Below are positions 45,706 through 54,976 of a stretch of DNA of 64,000 nt, one piece after another. The notes beneath the pieces were generated by a model. That model searched no databases. It had not been told where the DNA came from and saw nothing but the letters and a program-made list of their open reading frames with translations. Numbering within the stretch: the first letter of the stretch is position 1; the number at the start of each line of letters is the position of its first letter. Origin of the DNA: an uncultured Phycisphaerales bacterium (GTDB taxonomy: Bacteria > Planctomycetota > Phycisphaerae > Sedimentisphaerales > Anaerobacaceae); contig CAVYKU010000002.1 of assembly GCA_963769245.1 (NCBI GenBank), positions 165,823 through 229,822 of the forward strand. Direction: 5' to 3'. A program made the translations under genes and the position numbers.

Positions 45706-46470
45706 TTAATCGGTTTTTATTTGGTCGTCTGTTTTTGGCAGTGTGAAAAAGAACGTTGAACCCTGGCCGACGGTGGAGGTTAGCCATATTTTGCCACCGT
45801 ATAATTCGACGATTTTTTTTGCGAGTGTCAGACCTGCACCTGTGCTTTCGAACTGGTCTTTGGCCTGAAGGGTCTGGAAGAGCCGGAAGATTTTTTCGAA
45901 GTGCTGTTCGGGGATGCCTGGGCCGTTGTCCGCGACGCTGAATTTCCAGAAGCCGTTTTCCTCGGCGCAGGCGACTTTGATGAAACCTTCGGTTTTATCC
46001 ATAAATCTTACGGCGTTGCTGAGCAGATGCTGAAAGACCTGCTGTATGCGGGTTGGTTCGGAGGTGATAACGGGCAGCCGGCCTTCGATGGTTATATGTA
46101 TATTAGCCGGTACGCCAAGCAGCTTTATGATTTCCTGCAAAAGCTGATTGAGGTCGATTGGAGCCGGGTCTTCTTTAATACGTCCGATTCTTGAGTATTG
46201 CAGGACGCCGTCGAGGAGGTTTTGCATCCTGTTTACGCGGGTGGTAAGCATCTTGAGCTGTTCTTTGCCGTCGTCGTCAAACTTGTCGGCGTAATCTGTG
46301 GCAATCCAGTCGGACAGCGCATTTATAGCGCGCAGCGGCGCCTTCAGGTCATGTGAAATGATGTACACGAAGTCCTGGAATTCCTTGTTTATGCTTTCAA
46401 TCTGTTTGAGCAGTTTTTCACGTTCGTCAGCACTCATGACGCCCGGTTTTTCGGTCAATAAAGTGCTCAT
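45706..46470 (-). CDS. soluble histidine kinase core (HisKA plus HATPase_c only)
   Basis: H-box FVYIISHDLKAPLRAI, DNGPGI, GAGLTL. It is paralogous to the kinase core of 41079..43175. I place the start at ATG 46470. Confidence 0.85.
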   Translation of the reverse strand: MSTLLTEKPGVMSADEREKLLKQIESINKEFQDFVYIISHDLKAPLRAINALSDWIATDYADKFDDDGKEQLKMLTTRVNRMQNLLDGVLQYSRIGRIKEDPAPIDLNQLLQEIIKLLGVPANIHITIEGRLPVITSEPTRIQQVFQHLLSNAVRFMDKTEGFIKVACAEENGFWKFSVADNGPGIPEQHFEKIFRLFQTLQAKDQFESTGAGLTLAKKIVELYGGKIWLTSTVGQGSTFFFTLPKTDDQIKTD

Positions 46471-46666
46471 ACATCGTCCCCAGTTAACAGAAAAAACCCC
46501 AATCATTGAAACCTGAATTATGCTCTTTATATCGTTGTTAAATTACGACGGATTGAGCATTTAGACGGCTTTTTAGGGCGTAGCGAGGTAATTCCGCCAC
46601 AAAATAGGGAAATCGCGGACTTTATTACGAGCGGTTTTGCTATGGTCCGATAATGCGACTGGATAT

Positions 46667-47416
46667 TCAATGATGTTTTGTTTTAGAAGCAGGGCGCGGG
46701 TCGTCGGGAAGAGGAAGCAAAAGTGCGGTTATTTTCTTTTTTTCGAGCTTGATTTTGCAGATGCGCAGAGATTTGTCGCCTACTTTGAAGACCGGGTCGA
46801 ACGGCTCATCGTTGAGCAGCGACCTGCATACCCGTGCGACGATATTATTCGGCTCTGTGCCCGTGAGCGCAAGCCAGTCAGTAAAGGCCTTGTTGCCAAT
46901 CGATTTTGTGAGTGTTGTGATGCCGGCCGCGCCGAGAGATACGCCGTCAACATGGATATTTAACTGGCTGAATGAATTTATCGCGGGAGTTATGCGGACA
47001 GTCAGAATGGGATTGGCAAAACGCGTTCTGGCCGTCGCCATAAGTATAATTTGGCTTTGCGTGAAAATTGTCTGCGGGTCAGTGAAGGTGATGTTATTGA
47101 ATTTTACCGGCTGGTGCCAGCGTGCGATTATATCATTCAGGCCTTCCTCTGTGATTACGACCTCGAAGGGGTCATCAAGCTGGGAGTTGTTGTAAACTGT
47201 CGGCATCAAATAGTTACTCAGATAGACGCTGATTTGGCTCTGGTCGGCGATTCGAAGCGGGGCGTAATATTTTGGTCTGTGCGTTACCAGGACAAACGCC
47301 AGTAACACGAGCACAAGAGGCAGTGCAAGCCAGAAGTACGCTTTGAATTTCCTGTTCTTCATTTTCTCTGAATCTTTTTTTGTCTTAATTGCCACTGAAA
47401 GCTTGTTAGAAAACAA
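46667..47416 (-). CDS. membrane-anchored hypothetical protein
   Basis: 249 aa with a single N-terminal TM segment (AYFWLALPLVLVLLAFVLV). I recognised no family. Confidence 0.55.
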   Translation of the reverse strand: MFSNKLSVAIKTKKDSEKMKNRKFKAYFWLALPLVLVLLAFVLVTHRPKYYAPLRIADQSQISVYLSNYLMPTVYNNSQLDDPFEVVITEEGLNDIIARWHQPVKFNNITFTDPQTIFTQSQIILMATARTRFANPILTVRITPAINSFSQLNIHVDGVSLGAAGITTLTKSIGNKAFTDWLALTGTEPNNIVARVCRSLLNDEPFDPVFKVGDKSLRICKIKLEKKKITALLLPLPDDPRPASKTKHH

Positions 47417-47494
47417 TCGAGCGGTTATAGTAAAGCAAAATACGAGCAGCTTAAAGCGAAAAACGAAAATCTAATAAGAAAGGATTTATAGTAT

Positions 47495-48446
47495 ATGGCT
47501 AATCATTTTGGCGACCGGCTGGTTGAAGCGATAAAGAGCAAGCGAACACCATTGATTGTTGGTTTGGACCCGGTTTACAGCCGGCTTCCCGCGGTGATAA
47601 CGAACAGAAGCGATATGAATGACGAGTTCGACGTGGACTCGGCGGTCGATGCGATATTCGATTATTGCACGCAGGTGCTGCAGGATTGTCGCGCCGATGG
47701 TGCCGGCGGTGAAAATCAACATAGCGTTTTTTGAAAAATATCTCTGGCAGGGAATCGAAAGCTATTATTCACTTATTTCCGAGGCGAACGAACTTGGCGT
47801 TGAGGTAATCGGGGACGTCAAGCGAGGCGATATAGGTCACACGGCAGAGGCATACGCAACGGCGCATCTGGAAAATCCCGAAATGGCGGGACTTGAGGAC
47901 ACGCTTGCCCCCGACGCGATAACGGTCAACGGTTTCGCGGGCGCAGAGGCAATCGAGCCATTCGCGGATGTTGCCACAAAGCAGGGTAAGGGTGTATTTG
48001 TATGGGTTCGCGCAAGCAACCCCGGCGCGGCTGTGATACAGGATTTTGCTTCCGGCGACGGGCAAAAGATGTATGAAAAACTTGCGGCGGTCGTGGGCGA
48101 GATAGCAAATAAACCCGGCAGAATCGGCAAGGCCGGCTACAGCAATGTCGGTATGGTTATCGGCGGGACAAGTCCAGAGGAGACGACGGCTCTGCGGAAA
48201 AAATATGACAATATGTGGTTCCTCGTTCCCGGCTACGGCTCACAAGGGGCGTCGGCCGCGGATTGTGTCCGGTTCTGCAAGCACGACGGCAACGGCGCAC
48301 TGATTAACGCGTCGCGTTCGATTATCTACGCTTATGAAAATCCTAAATACAAGGAGCAGTACGGCGACAACTGGAAGAAGTGTATCGAGCAGGCAGTGAT
48401 TGACGCCAAGCTGGACATCGCAAAGGCCGTTCAGGACGCGCTGTAA
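47495..48446 (+). pseudogene. pyrF: orotidine 5'-phosphate decarboxylase (type 2 PyrF), with an apparent frameshift near 47685-47688
   Basis: ORF 47495..47734 gives MANHFGDRLVEAIKSKRTPLIVGLDP...DAIFDYCTQVLQD. ORF 47619..48446 continues in the +1 frame as ...VAPMVPAVKINIAFFE...IGDVKRGDIGHTAEAY. Skipping one T of GATTGTC joins the two frames. Confidence 0.65.
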
Positions 48447-48489
48447 CTTAGCGTTATACTCGCAAAAAATCGTATCGGCTCATAGAGAT

Positions 48490-49854
48490 ATGGGTGAAGG
48501 TCTTTTCAGAGATAAAAAGATTTTAGTGATGGGCCTCGGGAGGTTCGGGGGCGGGGTGGATGTTGTGAAGTTCGCCTGCTCGGCAGGAGCAAAGGTAATC
48601 GTTACCGATTTAGCAAAACAGGATGCGCTCGCGGAATCAATCTCTCAACTCAAAGGTCTCGATATAGCATATCATCTTGGTTCGCACGAGGGAGGCGATT
48701 TTGAGCAGGCGGATATGGTGGTGGCTAATCCCGCTGTGCCTCTGGATAACAAGTTTTTACAGATTGCCCGCAAGGCAGGGAGAAGAGTTACATCGCAAAT
48801 CGAATTATTCTTCGAACTTTGCCCGGCTAAGATAATCGGCATAACCGGTGCCAATGGTAAAAGCACCACGACATCACTGACGGTGCATCTTCTTCGGAGT
48901 CGATTAGGCAATAAGGTCTGGTTAGGCGGCAATATAGGCAATGAGCCGATGCTGACGATTGCGGGTAAAATAAAACCCGATGACGTGGTTGTTTTGGAGC
49001 TGTCGAGTTTTCAGATTGAGCAGTTGGCCCAGAGCGACAAGGCCCCTCAGGTCGCATTGCTGACGAATCTTACGCCGAATCATCTGGACCGCTATAAGAC
49101 ATTCGAGAATTACTGCAAGGCCAAGGAGCTTATTTTTCAGCATCAGAAGCCGGACGCGAATCAACCGGCGATTTCAATTTTCAACGGCGACGATGAGGTG
49201 AGCAGCAAGTGGTTTGCGAAATATCAGAAGGATGCGGGGCGAGTTTGCGTGAAATTTTCTGCCGATAGTGTGCCCGCGAAAATTCGCAGCGCATATGGGT
49301 TGCCGGGCAGGGCGTATCTTGCCAATTTGGCCGGTGCGATTGCCGCGGCAAAGCGTTTTGAGGTAACTGATGAGCAGATAATCGGATGCTTGCCCGCATT
49401 TAAGGCGTTGCCTCACAGGTTGCAGCTTGTGGGTGAGGCGAGGGGGGTTCGCTGGTATAACGATTCTAAGGCGACCACGCCCGACAGCTCGATTGTCGCC
49501 CTTGAGGCGTTCGATAGTCCCATTATCATAGCGGGCGGGTATGATAAGCATATACCGTTCGATAAATTTGGTGCGAAAATCGCCCAAAAGGCCAAGGCGG
49601 CAATTCTCATAGGCCAGACAGCGAAATCTATTGCTAAAGCAATAGAAGTGCATAAAAGCACAAGAACACAAGAGCATAAGTTAAAAGTTGAATTTGCTGA
49701 TTCGCTGAAAAAGGCCGTCGAACTGGCCAGTGGACTGGTCAAAAGCGGGGATGCTGTTTTACTTAGTCCTGCCTGCGCCAGCTATGATATGTTCGAGAAT
49801 TACGAGCAGCGGGGGGAGCAATTTACCGAACTGGTAAATAAGGTCATTCGCTGA
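48490..49854 (+). CDS. murD: UDP-N-acetylmuramoylalanine--D-glutamate ligase
   Basis: Carries KKILVMGLGRFGGG, the GITGANGKSTT P-loop and Mur ligase middle and C-terminal domains. I place the start at ATG 48490. Confidence 0.9.
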   Translation: MGEGLFRDKKILVMGLGRFGGGVDVVKFACSAGAKVIVTDLAKQDALAESISQLKGLDIAYHLGSHEGGDFEQADMVVANPAVPLDNKFLQIARKAGRRVTSQIELFFELCPAKIIGITGANGKSTTTSLTVHLLRSRLGNKVWLGGNIGNEPMLTIAGKIKPDDVVVLELSSFQIEQLAQSDKAPQVALLTNLTPNHLDRYKTFENYCKAKELIFQHQKPDANQPAISIFNGDDEVSSKWFAKYQKDAGRVCVKFSADSVPAKIRSAYGLPGRAYLANLAGAIAAAKRFEVTDEQIIGCLPAFKALPHRLQLVGEARGVRWYNDSKATTPDSSIVALEAFDSPIIIAGGYDKHIPFDKFGAKIAQKAKAAILIGQTAKSIAKAIEVHKSTRTQEHKLKVEFADSLKKAVELASGLVKSGDAVLLSPACASYDMFENYEQRGEQFTELVNKVIR

Positions 49855-50033
49855 TTATCGGAACATTCGGCTTTGCCCCAACTTTTTTTATCGCTTGATT
49901 ATTGATTATTTAGAGCGGAACCGGGCTTTAGATAATCAATCATCAATCACAGTTATCAATCTCTTAAGCCGTCCTCATAAAAAGACGATTCGCAGGGAGC
50001 AAACACATTAAAGTCTTTTTTGAGGAACCGGCA

Positions 50034-50423
50034 ATGCAGGACACGTCCGAGCGGAGAAGAGAGCCAAGATTAAGATACCACTGGCCTGTGTGGTTTGCAG
50101 AAAATTTTGCCGGTTTACTTTCACAAGGACAAATGGTCGATGTTTCCAGCGGAGGAGCGGCCTTTACCTGTTATGCGGACAAGGGCTGCCCTTATCCGGG
50201 CCAGAACATAACAACCCGTTTCAGCGTGCCGTATTATCACGAGGATGACCGTTTCGATATCAGTGATTTTGTTCGCGCGGGCCAGGTTTGCCGGATTGAC
50301 CAAATTGGCAATGGTCTCAGTCGCGTGGCGATAAAATTTTATGAACCACTTCCGTTCAAGCCGTGTAAATTAGCGAATTCACAGTCAAGCGATGAAGAGA
50401 TTCTTGAACCCGCGATGGTTTAA
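50034..50423 (+). CDS. PilZ domain protein (putative c-di-GMP binding)
   Basis: The RREPRLRY (RxxxR) and DVSSGGAAF (D/NxSxxG) motifs are present. Confidence 0.75.
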   Translation: MQDTSERRREPRLRYHWPVWFAENFAGLLSQGQMVDVSSGGAAFTCYADKGCPYPGQNITTRFSVPYYHEDDRFDISDFVRAGQVCRIDQIGNGLSRVAIKFYEPLPFKPCKLANSQSSDEEILEPAMV

Positions 50424-50460
50424 CAGTCCTCCGTTCTCCGTTATCTGTCTTCTGCAAAAA

Positions 50461-50533
50461 TGGGAGTGCTGGGATTCGAACCCAGGACCTACGCATTAAA
50501 AGTGCGGTGCTCTACCTACTGAGCTACGCTCCC
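50461..50533 (-). tRNA. tRNA-Lys (anticodon TTT), no encoded CCA
   Basis: The minus strand reads GGGAGCGTAGCTCAGTAGGTAGAGCACCGCACTTTTAATGCGTAGGTCCTGGGTTCGAATCCCAGCACTCCCA. It folds by hand into a cloverleaf with anticodon loop CTTTTAA and one acceptor-stem mismatch. Confidence 0.9.
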
Positions 50534-50591
50534 GGTAATTTAACAGGCGGACAGAATAACAGTTTTGATACCCCTTTGTCAATGGTCGTTA

Positions 50592-50620
50592 TTGACATCA
50601 GCCCTCTTGAGCGATACTAT
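50592..50620 (+). promoter_or_regulatory. putative sigma-70 promoter (TTGACA-17 nt-TACTAT) for icd
   Basis: TTGACA at 50592-50597 and TACTAT at 50615-50620. The -35 hexamer is part of the inverted repeat TGTCAAT-N8-ATTGACA (50576-50597). Confidence 0.5.
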
Positions 50621-50653
50621 CACCTGCCTGTTTTTATTCTGGAGCTTAAGGTT

Positions 50654-51736
50654 ATGACTAATGTTACGCTGATAACTGGTGATGGTATTGGGCCTGAGAT
50701 AGCCCAGGCAGCACAAAGATGCATCGACGCCACGGGCGTGAAAATAAAATGGGAAATCCGCGAGGCGGGAATTGATGTAATGGCCAAAGCGGGGACGCCT
50801 TTGCCGGATTCTACCGTGGAATCGATAAAAAAGAACGCTCTTGCCCTGAAGGCGCCGATAACGACACCCGTGGGCACGGGGTTCCGCAGCATAAACGTTC
50901 ACCTTCGGCAGATGTTCGACCTGTACGCCTGCTTGAGACCATGCAAGAGTTATAAGGGTGTTCGCAGCAAATACTCGAATATCGACCTTGTTCTCGTCCG
51001 TGAGAATACCGAGGACCTTTACGCGGGCATCGAATTCGAGAAGGGCAGAGACGATACGGTTGAGCTTATAAACTGGCTCAATAAGCACAGCAAAAAACAA
51101 ATCAGGTCAGATTCCGGGATAAGCATTAAGCCCATTTCCGTCGCGGGCACGGAGCGAATAGTGCAGTATGCTTTTGATTATGCCCGCAAAATGGGGCGTA
51201 AAAAGGTTACGAGCGTTCACAAGGCCAATATCATGAAGTTCACGGACGGGCTTTGGCTGGAGGTTAGCAGGCAGATAGCGGCGAAGAACAGCGATATCGA
51301 ATTCGAGGACCGCATCGTTGACAATATGTGTATGCAGTTGGTGCAGAAGCCGGAGTTGTATGATGTCCTGGTATTGCCCAATTTATACGGGGATATCCTC
51401 AGTGATTTGTGTGCGGGATTAGTAGGGGGACTGGGTGTTGCGCCGGGGGCAAATATAGGCGCCAAGGCCGCGATATTCGAGGCGACTCACGGCAGCGCAC
51501 CGAAATACAAAGGGCTTAACAAGGTCAATCCTGTGGCGTTGATACTCAGCGGCGTGTTGCTTTTGCGGCACATTGGCAATACCGCGGAGGCAAACAAGCT
51601 TGAGAACGCCGTCGCGGAAGTAATAGCCGAGGGTAAAGACGTTACTTACGATATGAAGGCAGACCGCAACGACCCGACGGCGGTCGGCACGCAGGAAATG
51701 GCTGACGCGATAATAAGGAAAATCAGAAATTCATAG
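50654..51736 (+). CDS. icd: isocitrate dehydrogenase (isocitrate/isopropylmalate dehydrogenase family)
   Basis: Carries [30 protein letters not shown] (IDH-type) and [11 protein letters not shown] place the start at ATG 50654, because the longer track ORF overlaps tRNA-Lys. Confidence 0.85.
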   Translation: MTNVTLITGDGIGPEIAQAAQRCIDATGVKIKWEIREAGIDVMAKAGTPLPDSTVESIKKNALALKAPITTPVGTGFRSINVHLRQMFDLYACLRPCKSYKGVRSKYSNIDLVLVRENTEDLYAGIEFEKGRDDTVELINWLNKHSKKQIRSDSGISIKPISVAGTERIVQYAFDYARKMGRKKVTSVHKANIMKFTDGLWLEVSRQIAAKNSDIEFEDRIVDNMCMQLVQKPELYDVLVLPNLYGDILSDLCAGLVGGLGVAPGANIGAKAAIFEATHGSAPKYKGLNKVNPVALILSGVLLLRHIGNTAEANKLENAVAEVIAEGKDVTYDMKADRNDPTAVGTQEMADAIIRKIRNS

Positions 51737-51761
51737 TTTAACGGATACCCGGACTATCGTT

Positions 51762-52874
51762 ATGAACCAGGAGCGGTTTAAGAAACTTGTTTCCGGGCAA
51801 AGCACAGGCGTTATCGCGTCGGCGTTGCGCCTGGTGTTAAATGTCGCAGCGGTGTTTTATGGTTTGGGCATCTCGCTGCGGAACTGGCTGTATGACGGGG
51901 GACAGGCAAAATCGTACGCGGTAACGGCTGCCGGCCTTGTAACTTCGGACAGAACACAGGCAACGGTCCCGGTAATAAGCATTGGCAATATAACCGTCGG
52001 TGGGACGGGCAAGACGCCTTTGGTAATCTGGTTATGCAATCTGTTTCGGGAGCAGGATGTCAATTGCGCGATACTGACCCGCGGATATAAGGCGGCGAAG
52101 GGCGAGAGTGATGAGCCGGGAATGTTAGCTAAAAATTGTCCCGGTACGGCGGTAGTGGTAAATCCCGACCGGCTGGCGGGGGCAATTGAGGCGGTAAAAA
52201 AATGCAGGGCACAGGTCCTGATTATGGACGATGGTTTTCAGCACCGTCGGCTGCACAGGGATATCGATATTGTAACTATCGACGCGATGCAGCCATTTGG
52301 GTATGGCAGATTGTTGCCTGCGGGCTTGCTGCGTGAACCGGTTTCGGCGTTGGAAAGAGCAAAGGCGGTAATACTTACCAGGTGCGACCTGGTTTCAAAA
52401 AATAATCTGACGGGATTGACGGCGGCTATCAACAGGATAAACCCCAATGTGATAATAGCGCAGACGATTCACCGCCCTGTTTTCGCGGTTTCCGGCGAGA
52501 AGCAAATTCCGCTCGAAGAATTGAAAGGCAAAAAAATATATGTTTTTTGCGGGATAGCGAACCCGGAGGCGTTTTTGGCGACTGTGGGGCTGGTTGGGGC
52601 GAATATCGTCGGGTCCAAGATTTACGATGACCACTATAATTATACAGTCAATGACGTGAACGATATTTATCGTGACGCAGCGAAGTCGGGCGCACAGATG
52701 ATGCTTACTACGGAGAAGGATTATAACAAAGTATCGCAGCCGGCATCGGAGGAGGGAGATTTGGTTTTGGCATATCTGGCGGTCAGGTTGCAGTTTGTGG
52801 ATGGGGCCGACCGTATAATGGAGTTGATTGAACGGTCGCTTGCGGGTAAAATACCACGGAAAAGAACTGTTTAA
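51762..52874 (+). CDS. lpxK: tetraacyldisaccharide 4'-kinase
   Basis: GNITVGGTGKTP P-loop. 370 aa. Confidence 0.9.
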   Translation: MNQERFKKLVSGQSTGVIASALRLVLNVAAVFYGLGISLRNWLYDGGQAKSYAVTAAGLVTSDRTQATVPVISIGNITVGGTGKTPLVIWLCNLFREQDVNCAILTRGYKAAKGESDEPGMLAKNCPGTAVVVNPDRLAGAIEAVKKCRAQVLIMDDGFQHRRLHRDIDIVTIDAMQPFGYGRLLPAGLLREPVSALERAKAVILTRCDLVSKNNLTGLTAAINRINPNVIIAQTIHRPVFAVSGEKQIPLEELKGKKIYVFCGIANPEAFLATVGLVGANIVGSKIYDDHYNYTVNDVNDIYRDAAKSGAQMMLTTEKDYNKVSQPASEEGDLVLAYLAVRLQFVDGADRIMELIERSLAGKIPRKRTV

Positions 52875-52889
52875 TCACAGAAAACCGCT

Positions 52890-54386
52890 ATGTATGAAAA
52901 TCTTCTAAATGCCGTAACAAAGCTCGGCATGCCGAAAGTGCTGTTGGTGGGCGATTTTATGCTCGACGTGTATGTGTATGGCGACGCCGAGCGGATTAGC
53001 CCCGAAGCGCCTGTGCCCGTGCTGAAGGTAACCAGGACCGATTACAACTGCGGGGGGGCGGGGCTGGTGGCGGCGAATTTGTGCGCACTGGGGGCGATTC
53101 CCTTATGCGTAGGTGTTATAGGTGATGACGCAAACGGGAAGAAACTCAAAGACCTGCTGGCGAAAATGGGTGCAGAAGTATCGGGTCTGATGACTGTTAC
53201 AGACAGGCCGACGACGACCAAGCAGCGATTGATAGGTCTGGCGCAGCACCGGCACCAGCAGCAGTTGTTCAGGATGGATAATGAGTCGGCTGAGCCGTTG
53301 ACGGAGGGGCAATATGGCCGGCTGGCGAAGATTTTTGAGACCAAACTGAAACAGGCGGATAACATTTGTTTGCAGGATTATAACAAGGGTGTCCTCGCGG
53401 ATTTGTTCTGCAAAAAGGTAATCAAGCTTGCTGCCAAGGCACACAAAAGAGTTTTGATTGACCCGTCGCCTATTAGTGATTATTCGAAATATACAGGGGC
53501 ATCGGTCATTACGCCTAATCGGTATGAAACGCGTATGGGCGTAGGGTTCGAAATAAAAACCATCGCTGACGCGGCCCATGCGGCCAGGGAATTTGTGCGA
53601 AAGCTAAAACTTGAAGCGATACTCATCACGCTGGATAAGGAAGGGGCGTATCTCAGGAGCCCTGGTTTCGATGAGCATATACCAACGAGGCCTCGCGTTG
53701 TGTATGATGTAACAGGGGCAGGGGACACGGTATTGGCGACTTTGGCGTTGACGCTCGCGGGGGGCTGCGATTTCAAGACAGCAGTTCAGTTGTCGAATAT
53801 CGCGGGCGGAATCGAGGTGGAGAAATTCGGCGGCGCTACGGTCAGCAGGGACGAGATAATAACTGAAATCGTTTATCTTAACCGCGGCGGCGAGGGCAAG
53901 GTTCGGTCGGTTGATTCGCTTTTGGCGGAGCTGGCCTGGCGTCGCAAGAGAAACGGAAAAATAGTTTTTACCAACGGCTGCTTCGACGTCATACACAGGG
54001 GACATATCGAATACCTGAAATTCTGCAAAGAACGTGGCGATGTCGTGGTCGTCGGGTTAAACAGCGACAGTTCCGTGCGAGCAATTAAAGGTCCTGACAG
54101 GCCTATTCATAACCAGGTTGACAGGGCGGCGGTACTGGCGGCGCTGGAGTCGGTGGATTATATTACGATATTCGAGGAATCGACACCGATTAATCTTATC
54201 AAAAAGGTCAGGCCTGATATTCTGGTCAAGGGGCAGGACTGGGAGAAAAAAGGCGTCGTCGGCGCGGAGTTTGTAGAATCATACGGCGGCAGGGTAGTGC
54301 TGGCGCCTCTTGTGAAGAGCAAAAGCTCGACGCTTATAATCGAGAAAATGAAATCGCAGGCAGCAAAAACGAAATCAGGGAAGTGA
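52890..54386 (+). CDS. hldE: bifunctional D-beta-D-heptose 7-phosphate kinase / D-beta-D-heptose 1-phosphate adenylyltransferase
   Basis: An N-terminal ribokinase-like domain (DVTGAGDT) is joined to a C-terminal cytidylyltransferase domain (FTNGCFDVIHRGHIEYL). Confidence 0.9.
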   Translation: MYENLLNAVTKLGMPKVLLVGDFMLDVYVYGDAERISPEAPVPVLKVTRTDYNCGGAGLVAANLCALGAIPLCVGVIGDDANGKKLKDLLAKMGAEVSGLMTVTDRPTTTKQRLIGLAQHRHQQQLFRMDNESAEPLTEGQYGRLAKIFETKLKQADNICLQDYNKGVLADLFCKKVIKLAAKAHKRVLIDPSPISDYSKYTGASVITPNRYETRMGVGFEIKTIADAAHAAREFVRKLKLEAILITLDKEGAYLRSPGFDEHIPTRPRVVYDVTGAGDTVLATLALTLAGGCDFKTAVQLSNIAGGIEVEKFGGATVSRDEIITEIVYLNRGGEGKVRSVDSLLAELAWRRKRNGKIVFTNGCFDVIHRGHIEYLKFCKERGDVVVVGLNSDSSVRAIKGPDRPIHNQVDRAAVLAALESVDYITIFEESTPINLIKKVRPDILVKGQDWEKKGVVGAEFVESYGGRVVLAPLVKSKSSTLIIEKMKSQAAKTKSGK

Positions 54387-54964
54387 TGAGCAAAAATTTT
54401 AAAAAGCAGGTATTCGAAATAGTCCGGACTCACAGGAAAATGGTTACTGAGCTTGAAGAGTCGGGGCTGGAGACGATTGCCGATATTGCCGGCGTGATAA
54501 CAAAGGCGATTAAAAAAGGCGCGACGGTTTATATCTGCGGCAACGGCGGTTCGGCGGCTGATGCTCAGCATATCGCGGCGGAATTGGTGAACAGGTTCGA
54601 GTCCAGCCGCAGGGCGCTGCCTGCTGTTGCTCTGACGACCGACAGTTCGGTAATGACCTCGATTGCCAACGACGATTGCTATGAGAATATATTTGCAAGG
54701 CAGGCCGAGGCGCTTGTGAGAAAAGGCGATATATTCTGGACGATATCGACGAGCGGCTCGTCGGCTAATATCCTGGCGGCCGTGAAGGTCGCCAGAAAAA
54801 AGGGTGCTGTCGTTATAGCTTTTACCGGCAGAAAAAACAGCAGGATGGAACGGCTGGCGGATAAATGTTTTTGCGCGGATAGCGTTTCCGCGGCGAGAAG
54901 CCAGGAAATCCACCTGCTTGCGTATCACATAATCTGTAAACTCGTTGAGCAAAGTTTTGCATAG
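54383..54964 (+). CDS. gmhA: D-sedoheptulose 7-phosphate isomerase (SIS domain)
   Basis: The pattern CGNGGSAADAQHIAAEL fits. 193 aa, with a 4-nt overlap with hldE. Confidence 0.9.
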   Translation: MMSKNFKKQVFEIVRTHRKMVTELEESGLETIADIAGVITKAIKKGATVYICGNGGSAADAQHIAAELVNRFESSRRALPAVALTTDSSVMTSIANDDCYENIFARQAEALVRKGDIFWTISTSGSSANILAAVKVARKKGAVVIAFTGRKNSRMERLADKCFCADSVSAARSQEIHLLAYHIICKLVEQSFA

Positions 54965-54976
54965 GCGAAAGGGATT

